21,023 nucleotides of DNA from a virus (taxonomy: Duplodnaviria > Heunggongvirae > Uroviricota > Caudoviricetes). Shown in pieces: positions 13,806-21,023 of this stretch (within the stretch, counting starts at the first letter, position 1; each line of letters starts with the position of its first letter). Position numbers and translations under genes: made by a program. The notes below the pieces were generated by a model that was not told where the DNA came from, did not search any database, and was given only the letters and a program-made list of their open reading frames with translations. The stretch covers positions 1 to 21,023 of IMG/VR virus record IMGVR_UViG_2778261176_000007, one strand, 5' to 3'.

Positions 13806-16513
13806 TATTTAGATCCCCACGAAAAGTAATCTTTAAATTTGTCCATACGTTCGTTATGCAGGCGCTGATACTGCTCATCCAGAGCGCGATGCTTGTCTTT
13901 GAAGTTTCGTATAGCCTGTCCACGCATAATTTCTTCCTGCTCGTGCTGCTCCCGTTCCTGCTGCATTTTCTTATAAGGTTCCCAATCTTCTAGTGATGGC
14001 CCCCAGCGCATCTGTCTTCCATGCTTGTCATAAAATAAATCATCCCTCGTAATACCATTTTTATCTTTTGTTCTGATCACAACTGAATAAAGCTTATCTC
14101 TCGGAGTTGATAAGTCAGGAACGAGAATCAACTCACCTCCAACCAGTGAGCGTGGCTTATTCAGTCCCAATGCACCAGCCTCAGTTGAAGGTCGGTTAAA
14201 TGAAGGAGCCGGTTTATGTAAGTCATCGCCATACATGATTTTTTCTTTTTCAGCCTTCCATTGCGCTGCAATCCAGCCTGACGGCCCATATTGATAAAGC
14301 GCCTCCGGTGCATATTTCATAAACTGTGCTTCCCCGTTGACCTCGCTGATACTCCAGGTGCGGGCTATCTGCTGGTTGGTCATTTGCTTCGCTACGTCAG
14401 CGTTACCACCAGCAAGGCGATAGTTAACGTCATACAGCATCTGATAGTCATTGCGAAAGAGCGCTGCTTCCGGCGTCTGGTCATCCGCAGACGGATCCCA
14501 GCGAAGCCAATGAGCCATATTGCTGACAGCAGAATTGGCTGCGCTGTCACGCTCTTTTTTGTATTCTCTTGTACTCTGAACAGATGAGAGCTGCGCCCTT
14601 AGTGCATCTGTCTGGTTGTATGTCTTACTCTGCGCTTCCACAATAGCAGCATCAGAAGACATCCCTGCATCAGTTAGTTGCTTAACAGTCAGATAAAAAC
14701 CCTGCATATCCTTCGGCATATTTCCAATAGATGCATTGTCTGTTTCATATAACCGACTAAACAGTTCCGCCGCATTTTTAACCACTTCCTGATTGCTGGA
14801 TCTGGATACTGCTGAAAGCTGCGTGATGACCTGCGAAGGCATGATGCCAGTCTGAGCCACAAGCCGAACAACCCCATCATGAGTGGAGGCATCATTAATA
14901 CGAAAGTTCTGCGCCATTTCTGTGTAATCAGCAGCTTTCTGCATTGATTTGTTGCTTGGGTCTAATTTTTCACCTATTGTCAGCGCCTCATTGAATCTGC
15001 GTGAATCACGTTGCGCCTGAATTGCTTCATTTGATCGCTGAAGCAATGCAGACAATTTTCCGTAAGCATCGAGTTTTAACGCATAGTGAGGATCGTTAAC
15101 CTCAGGCTTCACTTTCTGCATTTCTTCTTGCTGCTGAGAAGGAGGTAAATACTGAATTGCCTGGAATATTCTCGCGTTATCAATCGCTATATCCAGTTGA
15201 TTGATTATTTTATCTGCATTTTTTCCATACCCCCTGATGATAGTCTCCTGAGCCGGTATATAATCTGGAACCTCACCGTTATATAGCTGGGCCATGGTGT
15301 TATTAATAGCTGGCTCAAGCTGTTCTAATATTAACTTCCTTTGCTTTTCTATCTGACTATTAGCAAGGTTATCTATTTGATAAATAGTCAGCGGATCCAT
15401 TCCAGTTTTATTTTTTCTATATCGGGAAAGCCACCCTTGTGTTTCTGATGGAAGATTTCGGATAAATTCTTCTTCTGATATTTCACCTTTACGTGGATCA
15501 CCGACTTTGGCGATCAGTTTATCCACGTTACCCATCCCCCAGTTATATGCTGCTCCGGTCAATATTTCGGAGCCGTACTTACCATACAGTTGATTTACAT
15601 AGTCACTGGCGAGCATTTCATGCTGTTGTTCGTCCGTAGGGTTGTATTTAACGCCACGCTTGGCCGCCAGTTCTTTCCCTGTGCCCGGCATTAACTGGTA
15701 TTTCCCCTGGGCTCTCTCTCCAGAAGATGTTATCGGTCCTTCAAGAAGACTACCATCAGGATTAAAATGTCGATCACCTGATTCAACAAGGCGTATGGCA
15801 CGCATGTCCATGCCTCCAGAATCATTTTTCTGAAACAGACCATTTAGCCATCCTTCTGGATTGGCAGCGGCATAATTCTTCGCCCGCATTTCTGTGGCAC
15901 GGCGATCATCACTTTCTATTTCTTCCAGAATGCGTTCTTGTGACCATCCCCTGGCAGCTCCATATCTGGCAATGGCTACCATTCTGGAATTTCTGGCTAA
16001 AGTGGCAGTTTGCGGGTCATTCCAGGCATCCGCTTCATTTTGTATCCATAATTTTCTCGTTGCCTGATATTGCTCATCTTCATAGGCATTTGTCTGCCCT
16101 ATCTCATGTCTGAGAACTCCAGTACTGAACTGAATTTTCTGTGTTCTGGCTTGTTGCAAAAACATATTTCTTGCTGCTTCATCAGTCAATGAAGCAGCTA
16201 TTTCTTCCACATCCTGATCAAATCCAGATATGTACTCTTGCCCCTTACCAATCGCATTTTTGCCTTGTTGTGCATAAAAACCGGTTTGAGGGTTATAAAG
16301 ACGTTCATTGCTGCGCTGATTAAGCTGAAGGATGGCATCCTGAGACAATGCAACATTCGCTTTCTGCCTGGCTTCACCATATGCCACCGCATACTGATCT
16401 GCGACATTCGCCAGCACCTGACCTGCTTGAGGAACATCGAAGGTCTGAAAACCACCGGTTTGCACACCACGACTTTGCACCTGGCGTCCGGATGTAGTAG
16501 GAACAACAGGCAT
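13805..16513 (-). CDS. Internal virion protein with lytic transglycosylase (SLT) domain (T7 gp15-position, 902 aa)
   Basis: SLT motifs at about residues 235-340 (nt about 15494-15811): RLVESGD with a catalytic-type Glu, GKYQLMPGTG, and AAYNWG. ATG at 16511-16513, coupled to the upstream gene. Confidence 0.8.
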   Translation of the reverse strand: MPVVPTTSGRQVQSRGVQTGGFQTFDVPQAGQVLANVADQYAVAYGEARQKANVALSQDAILQLNQRSNERLYNPQTGFYAQQGKNAIGKGQEYISGFDQDVEEIAASLTDEAARNMFLQQARTQKIQFSTGVLRHEIGQTNAYEDEQYQATRKLWIQNEADAWNDPQTATLARNSRMVAIARYGAARGWSQERILEEIESDDRRATEMRAKNYAAANPEGWLNGLFQKNDSGGMDMRAIRLVESGDRHFNPDGSLLEGPITSSGERAQGKYQLMPGTGKELAAKRGVKYNPTDEQQHEMLASDYVNQLYGKYGSEILTGAAYNWGMGNVDKLIAKVGDPRKGEISEEEFIRNLPSETQGWLSRYRKNKTGMDPLTIYQIDNLANSQIEKQRKLILEQLEPAINNTMAQLYNGEVPDYIPAQETIIRGYGKNADKIINQLDIAIDNARIFQAIQYLPPSQQQEEMQKVKPEVNDPHYALKLDAYGKLSALLQRSNEAIQAQRDSRRFNEALTIGEKLDPSNKSMQKAADYTEMAQNFRINDASTHDGVVRLVAQTGIMPSQVITQLSAVSRSSNQEVVKNAAELFSRLYETDNASIGNMPKDMQGFYLTVKQLTDAGMSSDAAIVEAQSKTYNQTDALRAQLSSVQSTREYKKERDSAANSAVSNMAHWLRWDPSADDQTPEAALFRNDYQMLYDVNYRLAGGNADVAKQMTNQQIARTWSISEVNGEAQFMKYAPEALYQYGPSGWIAAQWKAEKEKIMYGDDLHKPAPSFNRPSTEAGALGLNKPRSLVGGELILVPDLSTPRDKLYSVVIRTKDKNGITRDDLFYDKHGRQMRWGPSLEDWEPYKKMQQEREQHEQEEIMRGQAIRNFKDKHRALDEQYQRLHNERMDKFKDYFSWGSK

Positions 16514-17088
16514 CAGTAACCTCCTATTTTGAATCGGGAGTCAGAATTCATAAAACCTGAGTTAGATAACATTGGCGTCCCACCACTAGATGTACTTCCT
16601 TTAGAGAACGGACTCCACGTCCCACCAAACATCTGGTACGCACCGTATGCCTTCAGAGGCGCAGTGAGCAATGTTGTTGCTGCTCCCACATTCCCCTGTT
16701 TACGGGCTGAACTGGCTTCTGCTTTATAGTTGGCAGCCTGAACCTGATAACCGTAAGCCTCGCGTTGCGCGTTATTCACCGTCGTCAGCGAATCAAGAGC
16801 GCCAAACTGGGCAGTGTCGCCAAATATATCCAGCGCGTTACCTGTAGATAAATCAGCGCCGGTAGCCCCCATTGTCGCCGCCTGTGTACCAAGCCGCTGT
16901 CGGGTCTCTCTGCGTCGTTGCTCAGCTTCAGCGTTACCTCTGTTTATTGCATCATTTGCCTGAGCTGTGGCTATATCTGCGTTCGCTTCTGCAACCTTCG
17001 AGGCATACTTTCCCTGTTGGTACTGGGTGTATGCCTGAATGCCACTCATGGCGAGCATTGCGCCACCAGCAATAACCGGATCGCACAT
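16513..17088 (-). CDS. Internal virion protein (T7 gp14-position, 191 aa)
   Basis: GGAGAG SD upstream. Start overlaps the upstream stop (TAATG). Ala/Gln/Gly-rich. Size and position match gp14 (196 aa in T7). Confidence 0.6.
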   Translation of the reverse strand: MCDPVIAGGAMLAMSGIQAYTQYQQGKYASKVAEANADIATAQANDAINRGNAEAEQRRRETRQRLGTQAATMGATGADLSTGNALDIFGDTAQFGALDSLTTVNNAQREAYGYQVQAANYKAEASSARKQGNVGAATTLLTAPLKAYGAYQMFGGTWSPFSKGSTSSGGTPMLSNSGFMNSDSRFKIGGY

Positions 17089-17552
17089 TATTTTCTCTCC
17101 ATGTGAAATCTGTGGAAATTAAGACCAAGAGCACCATAAGGCGCGGCTTCTTCAAGCCTGAATCCAAGCCAGTGCAGCCATGCTTTGGCAACATGGTTTC
17201 GCTCGTCGACGTAGTTTTCCAGGCGCGGATAAACTGCCAGCATCTGCTGCAATACAGGGCGGCAGTGGCGAAGAAATGTCTTCTGATATTTTTCGATACG
17301 GCTGGTTCCGACCAGCCAGGGCGTACCATTGCCACCGATCATTGACGCCGGAGATACGCCAAACATGGTTACCAGTTCTCCGTTCGCAAATCCTGACCAA
17401 GCCATAGTCGCAGTACGCAGACCAACACGCAGCGCATCTTCGGTAGTCATCAGCGATACCGCATACAGTTCGTCAATATCAGCCTGACGAACATCCGGCA
17501 AAATCATCTGAAGATGCTCTTCGGTAGCGGGAATAATTCGAACATCGATCAT
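17088..17552 (-). CDS. Internal virion protein A-like (T7 gp13-position, 154 aa)
   Basis: Coupled on both sides (shares 17552 with the upstream gene and 17088 with the downstream one). Assigned by synteny only. Confidence 0.5.
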   Translation of the reverse strand: MIDVRIIPATEEHLQMILPDVRQADIDELYAVSLMTTEDALRVGLRTATMAWSGFANGELVTMFGVSPASMIGGNGTPWLVGTSRIEKYQKTFLRHCRPVLQQMLAVYPRLENYVDERNHVAKAWLHWLGFRLEEAAPYGALGLNFHRFHMERK

Positions 17553-20023
17553 CAGAATCCCCCAACAGTAAGGCGAGGAATAACGGCAAGAACAGACAGC
17601 GGCAACGGGTCAAGCTGACGGATTCTTACACGTCCGTTTTTGCCCCAGTTACTGTCCAGTTTTACTTCTACTTTTCCGGTAGCGTCATCAACAGGATCAT
17701 CGTAGAACTCGAATTCACGCTGTGGATATTCGTACCATTTACCGCCGGGCGTAGTCGCCCAGATGCCGCGACTGGCATTCACAACCAGAGTAACGGACGG
17801 GATCACCTGTTTTTTGTCCAGCAGCGTTTCCTGTCCGTTAATGTTGATATCCAGTGTTTCGAATTCAGCAGTTATTGGCAGGCCGATGTGCACTACAGCC
17901 CCCGGAGATTCCAGCGTGACGGCACCTCCGGAAACCACTTTCTGTGGTTCCACGTTCGCATCAGAGAGGATGTTTACGGTCTGGCCTTCAAGATGAGACA
18001 AGCCGCCAAATGTCCGGCGCGCCATCTGCCAGTTCGTGGTGGCCACATTCCTGAGGGATGGCGGGACGTTCCTGTTAGCACGAACCACTACAGCGGTATT
18101 GCTGGTTACAGAAATAATGTCGCAACGTAATTCTTTTGACACTTCATCGCCAGTATCAGGATCAGTTCCGGCATAAGGGAACTGTAGTTGCGCGCCGACA
18201 TCACTACTGGTGAAGTACGCACCACCAGAAATACTGATTGTATATTCCGCGCGGTAATCCCATTCACCAGAACCACCAGTGATGGTCATCGTTCTGTCAG
18301 ACGTATTTCTTCCATCATAGCTAAGGCCAGAATCAACAAAGAAAGCATCTTCATCGCTGGTAAATAAACGGCTGGACAGTCGCTCTATGTATCTCACTGT
18401 TTGCCCGTTAACGGTTCGGTTAACGACGAAATACACCGCATCTTCATTGCCTTCGCTGATACTGCATGTGCTTTCATATTTCCCGGTACTGGATTGTGGT
18501 GCCCATGCAAAAACCTGCTGATCACGCAAATAGGTCATCACCAGCAATTTACCGTCATCACGAATGCAGAAGGCGCTGGAGTAAGGGACAATCGAGAAGC
18601 ACCAGTCAACAATGCTGTGCTTCTGAAAAAGATGATTGGCAAGGATGGTCAGGTCGTTCCCCTGATAGCCGTCAACATCGAATGAGTAGGCCAGATCACG
18701 GACAACACTGCCTTTCTCCTGGACGAACAGAGCAATATTCGCCACGGCAATTGGTGGGACATTGCTCGAGCCATTTGATCCCTGAGAGCTGAATGCAAAT
18801 GATGATGGGGTAAGCACTTTGTTCTGGTCGCCAGTGATGACGTACTCACCTCCGGAAGTCAGCGCCACCAGCGAACCAACATCAATCAGGTGACGGATCT
18901 CATTAACCTGACGCCCGGCATAGGTGTAGATAATTCTGTCGTCATCCTGCGTAGGATTGCTTTTGCCAAAATCCTTATAATCCCCGGTACGGCTGGCCCA
19001 GATAGTCTGAGGGAACGCAGTCGATGCGGCGAAGTAAAGGCGTTGTTGATAATAAACAACAGTGCCAGGATAACCGTTAATACTGTTCCAGGCATATTTA
19101 GCCCATTTATAGCTGGCATTATCCTCGCCAACTACCTGCGAAGGGATATAGGAAATCACCTCAGCAGTTGCAGTAGTGCCATTTACAGCAGTTATACGGG
19201 CAATGCCAAAACCACTGTGCAGATACTCCCACTCAATGCCAGTATCATCATCACCGGATCCGCCCCAGCCATCCCATGATGTGCCTTCTGTATGCGAAGG
19301 GCGCAAAGTGCCTGTTTTGCCTGCTGTAACGGCGCGATAGTAGTTACTGTCTGCACGGCGAATATCGCCAATCGACGTACTCTTACTGGTTTCCCATACC
19401 GGCACAGAATCCACTGCAGGCTGTTCCAGATAGAACAATTTGCCTACCTGCTCCGCGCCAAAAATTGAGGCGCTTGCCGTTAACGTAATTGTCCCGGTGC
19501 TGGCGCTGGCATAAACCGTCACTGACTCGTCAATATTGATATCTTCAAATGGCCCGTTCTTCGTTACCACATCAACCAGTTGCCAGTTGTCATGAGCATA
19601 TCTGCGCAGCTCTTTCGGCGGGTATGCCGGGTGAACCAGCGTAAGCACGTCGGCGCTTTGCGTGAATTTAATTCGGAACAGATCGGCTTCAGTATATGGC
19701 GTGGCAATTTCATAAATAACATTGCTGCTGTTCAGCACCAACGCACCATCTTTGATAACGCGCATGTACTGGTGTCCGAACTCCAGAGCATAGGTCTGAA
19801 CCGTCGAGAACTGGAACGGGATCAGGCGGCATTTCCGATTTGGGTATTTGGCGGCACCGACAAAACGCGTACCAGGTCGATTCTCAACGCCGCCATACTG
19901 CCGCACGATAAAGTTATCGCACTTGCGCAATGCCACCTGGTACTTCGCCATGTCGATACGACCGTACAACGACGGTCCAATCTCACCACCGGCAAAGCTG
20001 GGCTGTATCCAACTGATAGCCAT
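17552..20023 (-). CDS. Tail tubular protein B / nozzle (T7 gp12-like, 823 aa)
   Basis: The N-terminus MAISWIQPSFAGGEIGPSLYGRIDMAKYQ parallels T7 gp12 MALISQSIKNLKGGISQQPDILRYPDQ (from memory). Size is close to gp12 (794 aa). Coupled to its neighbours. Confidence 0.7.
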   Translation of the reverse strand: MAISWIQPSFAGGEIGPSLYGRIDMAKYQVALRKCDNFIVRQYGGVENRPGTRFVGAAKYPNRKCRLIPFQFSTVQTYALEFGHQYMRVIKDGALVLNSSNVIYEIATPYTEADLFRIKFTQSADVLTLVHPAYPPKELRRYAHDNWQLVDVVTKNGPFEDINIDESVTVYASASTGTITLTASASIFGAEQVGKLFYLEQPAVDSVPVWETSKSTSIGDIRRADSNYYRAVTAGKTGTLRPSHTEGTSWDGWGGSGDDDTGIEWEYLHSGFGIARITAVNGTTATAEVISYIPSQVVGEDNASYKWAKYAWNSINGYPGTVVYYQQRLYFAASTAFPQTIWASRTGDYKDFGKSNPTQDDDRIIYTYAGRQVNEIRHLIDVGSLVALTSGGEYVITGDQNKVLTPSSFAFSSQGSNGSSNVPPIAVANIALFVQEKGSVVRDLAYSFDVDGYQGNDLTILANHLFQKHSIVDWCFSIVPYSSAFCIRDDGKLLVMTYLRDQQVFAWAPQSSTGKYESTCSISEGNEDAVYFVVNRTVNGQTVRYIERLSSRLFTSDEDAFFVDSGLSYDGRNTSDRTMTITGGSGEWDYRAEYTISISGGAYFTSSDVGAQLQFPYAGTDPDTGDEVSKELRCDIISVTSNTAVVVRANRNVPPSLRNVATTNWQMARRTFGGLSHLEGQTVNILSDANVEPQKVVSGGAVTLESPGAVVHIGLPITAEFETLDININGQETLLDKKQVIPSVTLVVNASRGIWATTPGGKWYEYPQREFEFYDDPVDDATGKVEVKLDSNWGKNGRVRIRQLDPLPLSVLAVIPRLTVGGF

Positions 20024-20628
20024 CAGGACAACCTCGCAATGGTAAACTCGTCAACCGGTGGCTGTGGTTCCTGTGATTCATTCTGGCTATGCGAGCCAGC
20101 ACTAAGAATCACGCGATTGTACATATTGAGGGCAAACGTACCGAGGTCTGCATTCCCAGTCAGCGCCATGTTAATAGCTGCCGCAAGACGCCAGGCCAAC
20201 GCCTCCATAAAAATGGCATCAAACATGTTCACATCTGTAACGCGAGAGACATACTTGAGCCATGCCTGCGGCTGGTCTGTGTAGATCAATTTTCCTGTTC
20301 CGTTGGTGTCTGCACCAACTTCGTACTGAACACGCATTGCTGCTGTTGGATTGCGTACACCAGGAAGCATAATTTCAGTAATGCGCAGACAATCGGACGG
20401 GTACTGATACGCATATTCCCAGTCAGGCGGTGGATTGCTCGTATCTGCAAGCGCCACGCGTTTGGTAGCAAAGTTCCAGTCAAAATCAGAAAGCACAGCA
20501 TCACGGCAGGCCTCAAAGTGCAGCGAACATTCCCCCGCTTCCTTGCTGGCTTCCGTCAGGCTGTTAATGCTGCGGCTATTGCCAATATTGGACAGCGCAC
20601 GATTACAGATCTCTACTACAGAGGCCAT
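20023..20628 (-). CDS. Tail tubular protein A / adaptor (T7 gp11-like, about 201 aa)
   Basis: The N-terminus SVVEICNRALSNIGNSRSINSLTE...DWNFA parallels T7 gp11 [20 protein letters not shown]...GWTFN (from memory). The track start is a GTG at 20629-20631; the adjacent ATG at 20626-20628 is the more likely start. Confidence 0.7.
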   Translation of the reverse strand: MASVVEICNRALSNIGNSRSINSLTEASKEAGECSLHFEACRDAVLSDFDWNFATKRVALADTSNPPPDWEYAYQYPSDCLRITEIMLPGVRNPTAAMRVQYEVGADTNGTGKLIYTDQPQAWLKYVSRVTDVNMFDAIFMEALAWRLAAAINMALTGNADLGTFALNMYNRVILSAGSHSQNESQEPQPPVDEFTIARLS

Positions 20629-21023
20629 CACTCACCTCCGTTACCGTACAGAGTTTCAGCCGCTGATTTTTCTACATCCCCGGAAACAGGAGCGATCGCC
20701 ATATCAGTGATCTGCAGATCGGCGCTGCGATTAACACCATCGTCAGTTTCTCTGGCAGACAGGCCTCGAATAACAGCCTTTGCAGTTATCATCACTTCTG
20801 TTCCGACGCCCTGAGGTTGCGCCTTCAGCTTATTCAATGTGTCGTTATTAAGAGTGATGCACAGCCCCCACGGGTATTCATCGCGAGTTCTGGTTTCTCC
20901 GCTCTCATCCTGGTAGCTGTCAGTGCCGGTTTTGAGGTTTATGAAGTGGTCAACAAAAACTGGCCACCGCGTTAGAGTTTTTCCAGTATCGATTTTCCGA
21001 TTCGTTTGGGGGTAACCCACCAT
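20628..21023 (-). CDS. Hypothetical phage structural-module protein (131 aa)
   Basis: Its ATG is exactly at the window edge (21021-21023). Overlaps the gp11-like start. No recognisable domain. Position upstream of the tail adaptor suggests a head/neck accessory protein. Confidence 0.5.
   Translation of the reverse strand: MVGYPQTNRKIDTGKTLTRWPVFVDHFINLKTGTDSYQDESGETRTRDEYPWGLCITLNNDTLNKLKAQPQGVGTEVMITAKAVIRGLSARETDDGVNRSADLQITDMAIAPVSGDVEKSAAETLYGNGGE

Larger units (their letters stand above)
1141..21023. mobile_element. Integrated prophage, late/right end: lysis cassette, tailspike, antirepressor-moron island and T7-like structural operon; continues beyond the window
   Basis: Contiguous phage gene content begins immediately after the host terminator. 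Long translationally coupled minus-strand operons. AT-rich moron genes. No host-type genes after position 1140. Confidence 0.85.

Noticed and set aside
10837-20814. Numerous 60-240 aa ORFs on the plus strand across the structural operon
   Set aside because: All lie antisense to long, translationally coupled minus-strand structural genes. None has an SD or recognisable motif.
1-21023. CRISPR arrays, tRNA/rRNA genes, IS elements
   Set aside because: No regularly spaced direct repeats, no cloverleaf-compatible tRNA-like segments beyond the leader hairpins discussed, and no transposase-like ORF or terminal inverted repeats were found by eye.

Overview
The window covers the junction between two host genes (a glycine-zipper lipoprotein and a coiled-coil secreted protein that I recognise as E. 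coli yfgH/yfgI-like) and the late end of an integrated podovirus-type prophage that continues past the window end. Reading inward from the host junction, with phage late genes on the minus strand: embedded Rz/Rz1 spanins, a GH19 endolysin, two overlapping holin-like membrane proteins, and a 918-aa mosaic tailspike. Next is a roughly 4.7 kb accessory island holding two paralogous Bro-N antirepressor genes in inverted orientation, a LexA-box-preceded small gene, an AT-rich two-gene cassette, a small secreted peptide, another antirepressor-like gene and a membrane-anchored moron. The rest is a translationally coupled T7-like structural operon (gp11/gp12-like tail tubular proteins and gp13-16-like internal virion proteins). 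The most unusual signals are the twin antirepressor leaders, which carry conserved RNA hairpins and a three-way complementarity that co-varies between the two copies (P1/P7 c4-like antisense logic), and a 17-bp palindrome ATTACC-N5-GGTAAT present five times in the island. No rRNA, tRNA, CRISPR array or IS element was seen. All calls come from reading the sequence and ORF translations; no database search was run.
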